The notes: generated by a model not told the origin, from the sequence alone. A stretch of 59,667 bases of DNA, filler included, from Perkinsus olseni (GCA_013115125.1; 7 parts of 7 records of this genome joined end to end with filler, not necessarily neighbours in it), one strand, 5' to 3'; shown: positions 24,521-39,464, counted from the whole stretch's first letter. Numbers and translations are program-made.

Positions 24521-25632
24521 CGCAGAGTAAAAACGGACGGCCTGGAGATCGAACCTGGGAGCTTGTAAACAGCGCAGAGTAATTTTCGCTCGCCCGAAAA
24601 CACAACAGACCCACAGCGAGTCGTGTTGGTATCGTACATCACAAGAAGATGAATGTCAAGAAGGCCACTTAGTATCATTAAACAATACACCAACCAACAC
24701 TGAGTGAAGGAACTGTCTCATTACACTGTGGACACGACAAAGTCGGGGCTAGGGAGCCACCGTGCAACCTAAAGAGGAGGAAGATGGATGGACTTCGCAG
24801 ACCTCAGATCTATGGATTCGTGTGGATTGATACAGCCCGGTTCGAAGTTGGCATGAAAACGAGCCGAGGTACCGCTAGAATTCCCATCGAAAAGGGATCT
24901 CTGGCAGGGCCATAAACTTCACGTGCCCGGCCTGCCCATCCATTTCCCGGTCGAGTAAAAACTTCGACCAGTTCGTTTGAAATGTTGCCATCAATCCGCT
25001 CTCGCCTTCAACCGATGGTCGCCCACTTTGAGCAGATCTTAGCCGATTTTAGGAATTGTAAATAAGACCTCCACAAGGCCAAACAACACACATGCCCACT
25101 TCGAGTGTCTTTGCCGGTCGAGGTAAGTCAACCGAGGTCAATCTATTCCAATGAGGCCTCGGAGTTTTACAGGCGATCCGATGAGCAGCTATTCGTCATA
25201 TTTTAGCTCAAGTCCAGAGATACTGAAGTTGGGCACGAGAAACTTTACATCGAGTATGCGGGTTGAATCGAGTTTGGCAAGTTGGGTTTGATTAGACAGT
25301 TTGTCTGGGAGAGAGCATTGAACTTTGCGACAAAGTTTGAGTAGATTAAACATCGTCTTGCGAGGACCAACAAGACTCTGGGTTGCTCCGATCGCAGTCT
25401 GGCGGTTTTTGCGCAGGACTAAACCATCTCCCGGTCAAAAGAAAACTCTTGTTACGAGAGTTCGGGCAAAAACAGCCAGACTACGATCGGAGCGACCCAG
25501 AGTGCCGCGGCGAAGAGGAAAATACTTTAATCGGCAGTATTATCGCCATAGTATTTCTACTCTACACCTTTTCCCGAGCAAATAAAATGTTTTTTCGTTT
25601 GACTTAAAAGGGCACGGAAAATCGAATTTCAT

Positions 25633-25732
25633 NNNNNNNNNNNNNNNNNNNNNNNNNNNNNNNNNNNNNNNNNNNNTTAATTAATTAANNNNNNNNNNNN
25701 NNNNNNNNNNNNNNNNNNNNNNNNNNNNNNNN
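25633..25732. other. Artificial contig linker
   Basis: N44-TTAATTAATTAA-N44. Confidence 0.99.
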
Positions 25733-25846
25733 CATTTCGATCATACTAGCCTTCCTTAAGCTGAGGGCTAGCCATCGAGAACTCATTATTGGAGTTGTTC
25801 TATTCAATACTCAGTAATCTTCTTGTCAGTTGTTTGCTATTAATTC

Positions 25847-27415
25847 ATGTTTGGATTCGCTATTCTCGCGGGTGCTGCTTCTATCGGTGTTATGGCCTCC
25901 GCTTCCTCTGAGGTCGTCCCCGATGGGTGGTGTGAGGATGATCATCATGTTATGATTTACGAGAATTGTTATAAAAATCTCATCTCGTGTCATTTCCTAC
26001 CAACTGATGGTATAAAGATGATCGACTATGACGCAATGATGAAGGGTTATTGGGACTTCCTCATCTCTGCTCAAGATTTGGGCACTGGTGAGTATTCGGT
26101 ATTCCGGGCTAGTTCGAGCGACGATACTGATAGAGAGGTCATGATTAATGCCAAGGCCGATTCAATCGCTTCCGCCACTACTGGTTTCTACACTGCGAGT
26201 TTTCCCCCGGCGTATATTTGGGCTGTCGTTGACAACGAGATCAGACTCTATGGCACTCCGGAGACTAAAGACCTTAAGTTGGGCCTTGGTTTGGGTGATT
26301 ACAAGGTTTTGGAGCCAGCTTCGAGTGATCATACCTGGTCCTCAATTAATTGGTATCAGAATGATGATCATCCGTACTTGTATGCTGTTGATGCTAAGAA
26401 CAATCAGGTCTACCAATGGGATCCGATATCGGATGGTGTTGAAACTGCGTCGAAAAAGCTGGTCGCGGGTAATGCTGATGGTAAGGCAATTGATGATGAT
26501 GAGCATTTGTATTATCCCCAAGGAGTGCAGTCTATGCATGGTTACATTTACATATCCCAACTCGGCAATGGTGAGGACTCAGTGAATCAGTATCGTGTCG
26601 TAAAGTGGGAGCCTTCGAGTACGAAGAGAGAGTTCAAGTTCAACTTCAAGATGAATGGACGCTTTGGTTTCTTGACTTATGACGAAGATGGTTTACTCAA
26701 CACTATCAGTTATCGATACGGTGATGATGCTATTTATACTCAGTGTGCTGAGGTCCCCGATGGAGATGCCGTCATACTTGGAGGAGGCTGCGGTACTGGT
26801 CATGATACTAATCAGTTTGTTAATGCTGACGATGGTGTGTTCGGTATGAGTTTCTACTGGGGTTACACAATCTGGGATTACAACGCAGATCCCGACAGGT
26901 TCGTCTTCTGGCCCATACCCGATGTTACTTGCCCAACCACTACGACCACGACTACCACTACTCCTACCACTACCACTACTCCTAGTACTACTACGACTAC
27001 CACTACTCCTAGTACTACTACCACAACTATCACTACTCCTAGTACTACTTCGACTGCTGCCACGACTACTGAGGCATCGCCTTCTACTACATCTTGTGGC
27101 AAGAAGGAGTGTAGCGTCGGTGATGAGCAGTGTTCGTCGTATATACCCGGTAGTTACTGTAAATACTGGGAAGTCCCACAAGTTTGTTCCGGTTCCAATA
27201 TGGAATGCTCATGTGATAAGGTCATAACCACAAGCACTACAACAACTGGAATGATGCCGACAACTTCTACCGCACCACCCACAACTCCCTTCAATTGTGA
27301 GAATGGTGATGCATACTGTTGCTCTCAGTACACTGGTAGTTACTGTAAATACTGGTCCTATCCATCAGTATGCTCGGGTACTAATATCCCATGCTCTTGT
27401 GATGTACAAGCTTAA
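25847..27415 (+). CDS. Secreted or surface protein: NHL-like beta-propeller, Thr-rich linker and two Cys-rich modules (522 aa)
   Basis: Signal peptide; NHL-like segments (LYAVDAKNNQVYQW, LVAGN, LYYPQGV, YIYIS, YRVVKW); poly-Thr/Pro linker; two GD..C.....GSYCKYW..P.VCSG.N..CSC repeats. Confidence 0.85.
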   Translation: MFGFAILAGAASIGVMASASSEVVPDGWCEDDHHVMIYENCYKNLISCHFLPTDGIKMIDYDAMMKGYWDFLISAQDLGTGEYSVFRASSSDDTDREVMINAKADSIASATTGFYTASFPPAYIWAVVDNEIRLYGTPETKDLKLGLGLGDYKVLEPASSDHTWSSINWYQNDDHPYLYAVDAKNNQVYQWDPISDGVETASKKLVAGNADGKAIDDDEHLYYPQGVQSMHGYIYISQLGNGEDSVNQYRVVKWEPSSTKREFKFNFKMNGRFGFLTYDEDGLLNTISYRYGDDAIYTQCAEVPDGDAVILGGGCGTGHDTNQFVNADDGVFGMSFYWGYTIWDYNADPDRFVFWPIPDVTCPTTTTTTTTTPTTTTTPSTTTTTTTPSTTTTTITTPSTTSTAATTTEASPSTTSCGKKECSVGDEQCSSYIPGSYCKYWEVPQVCSGSNMECSCDKVITTSTTTTGMMPTTSTAPPTTPFNCENGDAYCCSQYTGSYCKYWSYPSVCSGTNIPCSCDVQA

Positions 27416-27725
27416 TGGTGATGATGATTTAATAACCGACTAATACTCACGCGAAGAGTATTTCTCTTCGACTTTAGCCAAATGTGTTTCTTCTTTTCTT
27501 CTTTCTATTCTATTCTCGCTGCCTCTGTTCTCATGAAATCAGTTGTTGCCTTTCGTGTGTCGTTTGTGTCTGCTGTTGTGTTGCATTTTTCGGCTGAGGG
27601 TTGCGGAGGGGGTAACTACATTAACATAATGATGGACCGTCTAAGGCGAGTCTTGGTAGGACAACTCAAAAAGGCTGAAAACAGCGCGAAAAAGAAACAG
27701 GTGAATCTTGTAACAGCCTAGGTGT

Positions 27726-30700
27726 TCACGATGAGTTTATCCGTAAAACTTGCCAACCTCGGCCGACCACCACCAGGCCGCCATCGAGGACATCCACAGC
27801 ATTCGGTTCCGTTGCTATACAGCGAGTACTGCCGCTGCTGCTCATGAACGATTCAGTCTCATCATTATGAGCCGCAGATGACCACATCTTTACTCGTCGA
27901 TCCCACCCGACAGAATAGATATCCTGAAGAATCAGAGCGGTTGTTGTTTCCAATCAACGTTCTTCGTTCCAAAATCTGTTAATTGGTGATGGTAGTGATT
28001 ATCGCTGATGCGTGAAGAGCATGAGTCCAAGAATGGGGTAAGAATTGAATAACCGTCCTTTTCTATCATGAGTAGCCCAGCAGTCCAACCGTGGGTGGAA
28101 GTGCCTCCCTACCTCGGTATGCTCATCATCCCGGTTCCGGAGTGCCGCCACAGCAAGAGCACGCACTCCAGCAGCGAGATGGGCTACACTCATCCTCTGG
28201 AGGAGAATCATACGTCGCACGTCGCTGATTACCAAATCCTGATCATCGCCACCGCTCACCAACCTCCCTAAAGACCGGCATCAGTGACCAGCAACACAGC
28301 AGCAGCAGCAGCAGCAGCAGCAGCTACCCCCGCTGATCCACGCCAGGGCGTTGACCCCCGCAGCATGAGCCTGGAGACACCTATTGTCACCAATCCGTAC
28401 GATGTTCCCGTCAGCATACCCCCCGAGTGACGGTAAATCGTCCATCACCGACGGGACTATCACCGACAGACACGCGCTGGCTCGGTGGTACCTTGGCAAC
28501 AGCAACTCGACCATCCATCATCATCACTATGGACGCTACCGTGAGCGGAAGTGCAAACTCCCCGGTCGTCCACGAGCGCCCCAGACGTAACCAGCGCTGT
28601 CACCGAGTAGGATTGATACGCCCTGATTCGACGGATTACTCGGATAGCAATGGAGTAAAGCACCCGGGTTCGATCCCTGCATCCTTCATTTGCGATGGGT
28701 TATATTAATAACTTCGCCCACCTCAGTGTGAACTTCGATCGCTGCTGCCATCAGGCGTACGCTACCGCCATCATCATCGGGCATGATCTGCCCGCCATCC
28801 TCGACCCAGAGGGACATCTTGCCATCCTTCTCAGCGACCACTCGATAGAGGAACCATTGGCTTCGAGCTCCTCCCGACACCACGAAGTTGCCGCAGGACG
28901 CTGAGATGAAGGAGAGGTGTGGTAGGAGAAGGTCCTCCGCATGAGGGTGTTCCTCAAAGGATTGTTCGCGATGGAAGGACCGCAGCAACATGGTCGCTGC
29001 AACACAACTGGTCCTGTCCCCATACGCTAGGCTTGCGAGAGGGCGTGTGAGTAGCTATTGGACGCTTGTGAGGATCTCTGACTCGGAGGGGTGTATACCG
29101 ATCAATGACCGCCGCACGGATTAGCTAACAGGTGGGACGATGAGGTTGGACCTGCTTGTTGTTGCGCGCGCCTTATCAGATGAGCCACGAGAGAAGCTCC
29201 ATGACACCATCACCAACGCGTCTCCGAGCGACCTCAGTATCCTTCGCCTCAACCCACCCGCGTTGCGTGGGCACAGGCCTTCACATTCCCAGAAAATACC
29301 GAGTAATCCGACACCGCCACCGGCGACGAGTACCAACCCGAGCATCGTGACAGTAGATCGTCCACCTCCTACCTATGCACTTCACTGGCCCTATGTGCAG
29401 GTCCAGGGTCTGCGAACACCGCCAGTCCACAGCTTTCCCCGCTTCCGAAAACGTCGGTGAGTAGACCTTGATGCTGTTGTCTTCTGAGCAGGTTACGAAG
29501 GACCTGATGGAGCTCATGGACCCTTTGATGGTCCCAGCCCGGTCACCTTCGATCCTCGCCAACACCACAAACGCCGTGAATCGTCCGGCCATGATCGCCA
29601 CTGAACTGACTTCCCTCTTCCATCCAGGACTGGCCCCACTCTGACAGATTCGGGATGGCCGGTGGGACGACGAAGAAACAGCGTCTGGGTGTCACAACTG
29701 AATGCGTCGTTGTAGGATTCCTCTCGCCTCTACCTAGCTGGGTAGTCTAGCGTGTTGAATTTATTACTCAGTTATAACCACTGTAAAGACCGCTGTAAAC
29801 GACTCTGATTTCCCAATCTAAGGATAACTACCTCTGGTGATATTGAACTCCCACTTAGCGGTATCTGCATAGACGAACTTAGCCTGTCCTTCGTTAAAGG
29901 CGAGGTCGTAGGGCCGACGTTGACCACCACAATCAATCTGATCAACGCATGAGGGCATCACTGAGCCCACCACACAATCACGTGGAAACTAGGGAGTCGG
30001 GCGAATGCCGTTCATTCGCTCGAAACCCTTCGTTAAAACCAAGACTGTAGCATGGTAGTAATCAGCGACAGTGATTCCGACAAAAGCCGACTTAGGGGCC
30101 TTCTCAGGCGCTCAGAGCCGAGGCCTAGCAGACGAGGTCGGACCTCCCCGGAAATGATTTCCTCTCTCGACGGGCCAGTCAGACGACGATCGTTTCCACT
30201 CGCCGGATTCCACCACCGATACGGCACAGTCCTTGACTCAGTGCGAACGTGCCACGCGTCCCTCCCACGGGCAAGTGAACCCTCCCCATTATCACCTTCC
30301 ACCGTTCGACAAGAGAGTCGGCGTCCCACACCAGAAAATCAGTCCCGCTAAAGCCCCAGGCCAGGCGTGACGCTGATGGCGATGGTCTCCGCACTCCCAA
30401 TACATGCTGTATAGCCGCTACCCGTATGGTGTAGATCGGTTGAAGCTGATCAACGCCCAATAACAGTGACCGCTGAGCCCGCCGACTCACCGTTATCGAT
30501 CCATTCTCTGTCTGCTGCCACACGCACGTCACCAACGTTCCATCATTTCCACTGCACAGGACCTCCTTCCCACCACCACCCGATCGACTCGCCACTCGAA
30601 CAGATGCCACCCTTACTTTACTGCCGAATAGCCGAGACTCGTACGGGGCGGTACCGTCCCTAGGGACCACCCACAGTGCACCACTGGCGGTTCCCAGCAG

Positions 30701-32122
30701 TACGTGGTTCGGCAAAACGCAGCAGCTGGTCTTCCGGCCAGGGACTGTGTAGCGCCCCAACACCCCTTCCTTCTCCGACGCGATAGTCACATCACCAGTC
30801 CGGTTTACAATCACAACTTCATCGGTGGTCACATCCGTAGAGATACCTCCAACTTGCTGCTTGACAGCTCCATGAATCGTGCAAGGCCCCTCGAAAGTGT
30901 CCTTGTTAACAACATGGACATCCCCAGAAACCAGACCGAACCATACCCGATTTCTGGACACTCCCGCTGCCACCACAGGGGCTCCTGGAACGACATACCG
31001 GAGGCTGGGCAAGGACTGGTCACCATCGTGAAAAGTGTAAACTTGACCGAAATTCGAGACGACGCAGATCCGCGTAGCGCTGGCATCAGTAAACCCCACC
31101 CAGCGTATCCAGTCTTTACGGTCGGTGGATGGCAGGGCGATGGTGGTCCGGTCTAGGGACTCTGGATGGCAGGTAGCGGAGGATATGTCCCAGCACTTAA
31201 CAGAGGCATCCTCTCCTGCAGAAATTGCGAAAGGAGTGGTATTGAGGGTGGAGATAGTGAGTGCTCGGACACCATGACCGCCATGACGATGGCCGTAGAA
31301 TTGCTGTAGACATTTTCCGCTTTTTCTATCAAAAACTCTCACAATAGCATCCTCACACGCAGTTACGATTCGACCATTCCGTAGTAGTGCAGCCCAGACC
31401 CGACCACCATGACCGGCATAGTTGCCAACGGCCGTACCATCGCTCAGCCGCCATAATGTGGCATTGCGATCGTCAGAGGAACTCAAAACCAGCGTACCCA
31501 GCTCGTCATCATCATACACCCTCACACTGAAGACCGAGCCCTGATGAGCTTCCACTTCACGGAAGGCTCCCGGGCGATAGGGCTGCCAGACCGGGCAGGC
31601 CCACCGAACGCTACCGCCAACCACAACGATGTCGTCCTTGCGGGGGCCCAGGCAGTGGATCCAACTGCTGTACAGAATGGCTCGAGATGGTGCTTGCTTT
31701 CTCTCAGTGATAGTGGCAGTGGTAGCGTCGATGGCAAGCAGCTCATTGTGCATAGTGGACACGTAAATGATGCCATTGATAGAGAGACCACACAGGACCC
31801 AGTCTTCGCAGTCGACCTTTACTGTGCTACTCAAGCCCGTCACCGAACCGGTACTGTCCCGGCTGATCTTGCCGTACACTAAAAGCGTCGTCGCCCAGAC
31901 TATCAAAGTGTCGTCATGGCAGAGCCGTAACCCGTGGATATGCTCGTGGCTGAAGAGTCGTTGCGTGTGTACTGTACGAAGTTGTTTGCCTTCGGTGAAG
32001 TGCAAGTAAGGCCCCATGGCAACGGCTGCGATCATTCTCAGCGGATCTCTGAGGTCCTCAACGGCCAGGATCGGGCCATGGTAGGCTATGGTTTCGAGTG
32101 GCGACGTGTCTGTTCTTGCCAT
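27726..32122 (-). CDS. WDR6: Multi-exon WD40 protein, WDR6/Trm734-like (partner of tRNA 2'-O-methyltransferase)
   Basis: Large first exon with WD repeats (AHQGSVFSV, SSSDDRNATLW, GHGGRVW, TACEDAIVRVFD, SAGEDASVKCWD). Later exons carry TCSEDNSIKV, SGGARSQ, VRLMAA, AHAAGVNAL, SGGDDQ and YSVGWDRRVKMW, in the order recalled for the WDR6 family. Confidence 0.72.
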
Positions 32123-34166
32123 GGTACTGGGCAGATCTGGGAAGATCCTGACTAGAGTTCGCTGGACTACGGCGACTGAGCTCAACAACAAGCGAGGAGA
32201 GAAAGGCTCTTACAACAAAGGCACCTCGGTCAACAGCAAATGGGGAACATCTTCAGGTGGAAAGAAAATAATACCTGCCTCGCTCAAACTTTGTAAACTA
32301 TTTCTGAAAGTCAGATTCGATTCTGGAATTGATTTTTACACGTAAAATGCGGTTCCTGAATCAATTCCAGGTTTCAGACTTGCTTTGCTGAACACCGCCG
32401 CAGCCCCGCTCGACACTCATCACTCTCGTAGAAGCTCAACGCTTTGGCAATCTATCGGCGCTGGTGCCGTGTTCTTGATTCTTGGAATTCGCTGCCTCCA
32501 TATGTCTACCCCGAAGAACACAACAGACTCGAGTCTATCAAACATGCTGTATCATTGCTTGACCTTTTTTTGCTAAAAAAAGAAGCCCAACGCTGTGATA
32601 AGACCTCTCTAATGACAACAAACAACTCTATTCGAGTTCCACTTGACGGGTGAGCGACTGAAGTGTGCCGTTAAGGAAACAGCAAGATTTATCAAGAGAG
32701 CAAGCGACGCCTTTTTTGGTGTCGTTGACCAGCATCACTGTGATGGTGGTTCAAATACTGTATGTAAAAGCCAACCTTGAGGGGTTGTCCTCCATCGCCG
32801 CCCCTTCCGATCACTATTGGTGCTTCGACGTAGCCGGGTCCAACACTGATGAAGTACGGCAGCGAGTGACGGTGAACTGCATGGACGAAGAAGAGGTAGT
32901 TTGGCGGCAATGAGGATGGTTACAGTGGGGCTACTGTGTAACCCCTCGGTAAATAAACTAGTTTTCACGCACAAAATTATTCCTACCAAATATAGGATTG
33001 ATTTTCACACGTAAAATGCGGTTCCACAGTCGACTCTAAGTTCCAGAATTGGGGGCGTTGAAAAGACCGGCCCTGAGCTCCAGGATTGAACTTAGCCAGT
33101 GTGACCAAGATGAACTTGGGAGTCTTCTTAAACCTCGGAAGAAATCTATTGAACACCCGTACTTCCGTGTCGGGGAAAGTCCAGCGGTTCTGAGTATTTG
33201 CCCTGAATTTTGGGCGCTACTCAGCCAGTAGCAATGCCGTACCTCGACAGTCTTCGAGACATCCTCGGTTTCGAAATTTTAGTCGACGTATCAAAATCGG
33301 TAGTTCTTCTGGTTCGACCTCTCCGCGAAGGGTGACCTATCGCTAAGGGTTCTTCGAGCTGGCCGTGATGATAACCCTCACCGTACCATGGGTGGACTGC
33401 AAACGTCTTACTGCGATGACAGTGAACAACATCCTGTCAGGTGAGTGGCTCCCGAGGGAAGGCCAATTTAGTAATACACTTTAAAGACCTGAAAAAGGAG
33501 GCCACTATTGTGCGGACTACTGTTAAGAAAATGAAAATGGAGCCGAAGTATACTGATGAAGATAACGGAAAATGGGTAACAGCTCATCGACCTTGGCTCC
33601 AAGAGAAGGGCCCGCGTACTGCTATCAGGTGCCATTGATAGCGTTCGAGTGTCGGGGCTGCGAAATTACCAAGTGGTATCCGGAGAGAGGGTATACTGCT
33701 GTTAGCGAAGGAGGTGAGTAGTGCATGGCCTGTCGTTCGACACTTTGCGGTGCAGGTACGGTCTTTGATGACGTAGACCTTAGTGACGACTGGTGTGATT
33801 ACGATGCTGATAATGATGAAGCCGTCGGTGTTTATGACTTAGAGTGGAAACTAGAACGACAATAGTTTCTGCTTCGTCACTCGTTAGTGTACCTGTTGGG
33901 GAGAAGAAATGAAAGGGGGGCTGCCCGGGTCTCGTCCGGGTCTCGTCCTTTGCAACGGGCAAGTCCATCGTGTGGTCCAATCGACCACGCGAACAATGTC
34001 GAGGGGGGGGGGCGCCACGCAATCGGGGGGTTTTGGGGGGGGGGGGGGGGTTTTTTTTTTTTTTTTTGGGGGGGGGGGGGGGGGGGGCGGGGAGAAATTT
34101 TTTTTGGGTTTGTGGGGGTGTGGGGGGGGGGGGTGTTGGGGGGGGGGGGGGGTTGTGTTTTGGTGT

Positions 34167-34266
34167 NNNNNNNNNNNNNNNNNNNNNNNNNNNNNNNNNN
34201 NNNNNNNNNNTTAATTAATTAANNNNNNNNNNNNNNNNNNNNNNNNNNNNNNNNNNNNNNNNNNNN
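34167..34266. other. Artificial contig linker
   Basis: N44-TTAATTAATTAA-N44. Confidence 0.99.
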
Positions 34267-34310
34267 CACCACCACCACCACCCCAACCCAAGCCGGCTGA
34301 CCTCAGATGG

Positions 34311-35340
34311 TTGCGGTATATTTGTTATTTCCAACCTCATCTGCGGGGTAATACCAACTCCTGGCACACAATCCTACCCCAACAATGCTTCCAACATACC
34401 AATGCTAAAGTACTCCACCTTCAACAACAACAACAACAACAACCTTCGAATGGTGTTTATGTCTTGGCGCGCGCCCAGGTGATCGATTTGGAAGGATGTG
34501 AAGGAATGGTGGTAGGCCTATTGGACAAGGAGGGTTGGTTGTTGGGGCAAGGTGTGGTGAAATATGCATCATCGGGTCATGGTGGTCATGGTGGTCATGG
34601 TGGCGTGATGGATGTGTGGGTACCTAAGGATTGTGGTATTAATGAGGATGATGTAGGTTGCATTGTGAAGGGAGATATTACTTGGTCACCAAGGGAATCA
34701 GCATATTATACTAATACGAGTAGTAATAGTAGGTTATGTGTACTCGACAATAATACTAATAATGATACCGATTATAAGGAGTATCCTGAGAAATATTTCT
34801 TGCCATATTCATTGAAAAGGGAACCAACAGCCCGAGGCTCCAATCCTAGAACCAATCTCAAGAGGATAAGGTTACTCCATAACAACGTCTCTACTACCAC
34901 TACTACCGCACGATAACGTTTCATCACATAAGGAATAATAGTAGTTGAGTTTAATAATAATCATGATGATGATCATAACTATAGGGTGGATTCCCTCTTA
35001 TTCATAATACTACATCGATACCAACAGCAGCAGCAGCAGCAGCATGATGATTAGTAATAGTGGTATTAACGAGTTCTATGCTTCACTACTACTACTACTA
35101 CTGCCAATAGTACTCATAATCCATCTCATTATAATCATCATTAAAGGTATGCTACTGTTTAAAAGCAGTATAGTGGTAAGTGCCCCTCCTCCTCCATCTA
35201 TACCACTCTTCACCGTCTTCGTCGTCATCATCTCTTTCAGGATGCTTTCCTCAATAATACTACTTTACGTATGATATTGGTATTTGTATTGGCGGCGGGG
35301 TCCTCCATAGTGCTCCTTCTAACCAATCTTATCATCACTT

Positions 35341-35413
<73 letters not shown>

Positions 35414-36407
35414 CAGTCGCTACAACAACAACAACAACAATCATCATCATCATTATCATACACCTTGTTTGATAGGGTAATAGTTATACATTTCTTGCTG
35501 CTCCCTCGAATACGCTGGTATATTGGCCTCAGGAGTCCTTTATCCCTTATCTTAGGTGTTTACAACATCTTGATGTCTCCATCCATACTCTGTTATTGAT
35601 AAAGATAACAATATCATCTATACGCTCTTTACAGGAGCCAGGAGTATTACTACAGGCTACTGCTATTCTACATACACGTTTCAGTTTAGTCTATCGCTCC
35701 GCTACGCATGCTTAATCATAACATCATCATGATACTCCTCATGTGCCTCCCTGTCCTATCGTTGTCGTCGTCGTCCTCGTGGACGATGATGATGATGTTG
35801 TTGTTATCAAGTATTGCTGTTAGTATTAGTAATAATAGTAGTATCGGGTAGGTAACCTTTATTGAACATGGCAACGGGTACTACTACGACGAGTACGAGT
35901 AGGGTACATGAGCAAGACATCAATGACAGGATGATGTGGAGGATGAGGAAGATGGCAATCTTGAATACAACCAGAATACAACATCAACGACCGGAGCCCC
36001 TACCATGGTAATACCGGATGGGGTATCATCATCATCATTACTGTGCAAGGTTACTATCAACAGGAAAGCTGAAGGAAGGGGCTACTTTATACATGCCTCA
36101 TAATGGCTATGCTGCTGTGCATTATTGTGATGATGATGATGATGATTACTATTGTGTAGAGTATGATGAAGATCTGAGACCATGGGAGACCATGTTATAT
36201 AGGGTGAATGCAGCAGCCAGCAGGATACAATCTGTATACCGCTCATACATTCAACATGTTAAGGTAATGTGTACCTCTCACTACACCTATCATTACCATC
36301 AATAGGTGATACCGGAATATAGACACAGATTGCAAGCTGCTATCATCATACAAAGATGGTGGAGACGATATCTCTCACGAAAGGTAGTATAATAATGGGA
36401 GTGGACA

Positions 36408-36439
<32 letters not shown>

Positions 36440-37107
36440 ATCATAATCAGACATGGAGACTAACGGCAGAAGCTCACAAGATATCAAGGTTGTGGCGCAA
36501 GTCAGTAATGTGAGCATGATTCATGATAATATTGTATATATCATTATCATCCAAGGCATTATTGTGTTGCAACGAGTAGTAGTAATAACTACGTCATATC
36601 GGCATAAGTCTATTGGTGTTATGCCGCTTCTCATTATAGCCTTCTTGGTGGTGGTGTCGTTGTTCTTAGTCTATTGTTACTCGTATTATGAACTCACATT
36701 ACCTTGTGTAATTATGGTATTAGCTGGCAATGAACGTCGAGCTCTCGAACAGCTTTTACAAGGTGAAATTGGACAATTCCGTAGTGAGATTGGTCTAGAC
36801 AAAGCCGCTAAGAAGGACGATATGGTCTCATCAAAATGGTTACCATTGTAATATATCAACTCAACAACAACATGAAGATGAAGAAGAAGCTATAGTATTG
36901 TCATTAGTGTTGTCATCATCAGATTCTTGTATTGTACCACTGATAAAATATTCAGGAGTGGATTTCAGAAGAGATTGGCGACTATCACCGTACGAGAGTT
37001 GATCAAACTACCGAAGGCCAATCCACATACCATATGTAATAACAACAATACTACCACGCATCGCCAGCAACCTATTTCGTGTCTTAGTGGATCTGACACC
37101 ATTACAG

Positions 37108-37139
<32 letters not shown>

Positions 37140-37314
37140 CGATCGTGATCATGATGCTAGCGACTTTGGTAGTAGCAGCAGCAGTAGCCGCCGCCAACAA
37201 CGACGACGACGATCGTATTATTGTACTCCTATACAACTAGCAGTCACCGCAAGAGATGCCGAATACGGAGTTAATGTCTTACAAGCGTAGGATAGTGTCA
37301 TCATAATCGTTATA

Positions 37315-37362
<48 letters not shown>

Positions 37363-38095
37363 TATAGATTATTAAGTATGCCCGCTTGCAAGGATAGACC
37401 AGCGGTGATGGCTACATGTGATGGATATACGCCCTTACAATTGGCTATGTTACGGAAGAATTCTAAGATGATTGAATTATTAGTAATAATAATATTGATA
37501 ATAGATAATTATAGTACATACTTCAACATAATACTAATGATGACGTGTTGTTGTTGTTGTTCTCTCAGAAACCATTAACTATGGCGCAACCAACACAGGT
37601 TAGTTTACTGAATGATGAAGAGCGTGGACAACGTGAGTATCTCATCCCTCAACAGCAACAACAAGAAGAAGAAGAGGGGGAGAAGGAAAAGAGAAATCAC
37701 GAGAATACAATACAAAATTGCGATGTTGATGATGAGGATGATATCAGCCCCCCATCAACATTACATGATGATGTTGTATCATTGACGCACTCTCCTGCTG
37801 GCTCCTCGTCTCTCGATGGGGGTGGGCGTAGTAGTGGTTATAAACGTGGAAGTGTCAGAGCCACGGCTGCTAAAAGTAAACCCGATAAGACTACTACCTT
37901 AAGAAGGAGGAAGAGGTATAAAGTAGATGAGGAGGAAAAGAAGATGGACGAAGCACGAATAACAGCAAAGGGCACAAGGACTGTCAGTAGTCCTCGACCT
38001 GTAATAAGAGATCGCTCCATCATCATCAATGACGAGGAGTCGTTACCATTAGAGTCTGATGATGAATACCAATGGAAATAGCAGTATTGGCAGCG

Positions 38096-38126
<31 letters not shown>

Positions 38127-38892
38127 TGGTAGTGTTAGGAAAAGGAGAAAGATATCACCAAGTTCAAGAAGTCGGTATCATCACGTATCATCATTCATCA
38201 TCATCACGTATCATCATTCATCATCATCATCAGTATTATCGCTCATCATTCCACTCAGATCACAAGTCTAATGTATCATCATCATCATCATCACCTGCTG
38301 CTGCTGCTGCCTGCTGTTCTATCTGTCGTAAATCTGACCACACCAACGCCACCACCACCAACACAGGATTCATGAATAACAATAAGAACCGGTAGTAAAC
38401 CTCTGGGAAGCGTTATCGACGAAGAAGAAGGATAAGGATGTATGAGCATCATGCTATTGACTACGATAATAGTAAAAGGATCATAATATCCTCAATGTCG
38501 TTCTAGCCAGTTACCATGACAATGATGATGATGATGATACTCGGTTGTTGTATGTACTTAGGTTGTTGAAATGTGAGAAATGTGGTAGATATGCTCATAC
38601 TACTTGTTATAAAGGATTCGTCACAAAAGGAGGCTCAGCAACAACAGCGACTACCAACAACAACAACACCACAGTGTGCTGCCTCTCTTGTCGTGCAGTA
38701 ATTATATGATACTGGAGAGCATGATGATGATGATACTATTGTTGTTGTTGTTATTGTAGGCATCTTCCCTATCATGTAAATGTGGATTATGTGGACTGGA
38801 CGATAAGTCCGGATCATTGATGATATATCGTAGTGATTTGCCGGGGCAGTTTGTCCACATGCGTTGTGCATTATTCCTCAAACCTGATAGAG

Positions 38893-38940
<48 letters not shown>

Positions 38941-39429
38941 AAGGAGAACAAGAGTAATGCCATAGGTGCCATTCATTCTTGTTGCAGTTACGTGAGGACG
39001 CTCAGGCATCAAATGATAAGCTACAAATAATTGGTAATCTGATGAAGATTGGCCGACGTCGCCAATGTCTCATATGCTCTAAACCGGGTGCGGTAGGTAC
39101 ACAGGCTCCCTCCTTCTTCTCCTCCTCTTGTTGTTGTGGATCAGGTACGATGTGGATATCCTGGTTGTACTGTTCGATATCATCCCAGCTGCCTTGATCG
39201 TGCTATTGCTGCCGGTGAGACTAATGATACGTATAAAAGGATTATTAGAGGTCCTGGGACTAAGCAAGCCGTGAGTTCTGCTATTGTGGACGAGAACTTT
39301 GAGAGGATGACTAAATGTGGCCATACTTATCTAAGAATGTGATAATCAAAACTACTAGCACTAATCGTCAGTTTTCACGACGTCCAGTAGTTCTACGATT
39401 GTACTATTATTCAACCCATGATCATCATG

Positions 39430-39464
<35 letters not shown>

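Noticed and set aside
34000-34166. Poly-G/poly-T tract giving Gly-rich ORFs or a G-quadruplex
   Set aside because: Contig-end sequencing noise.
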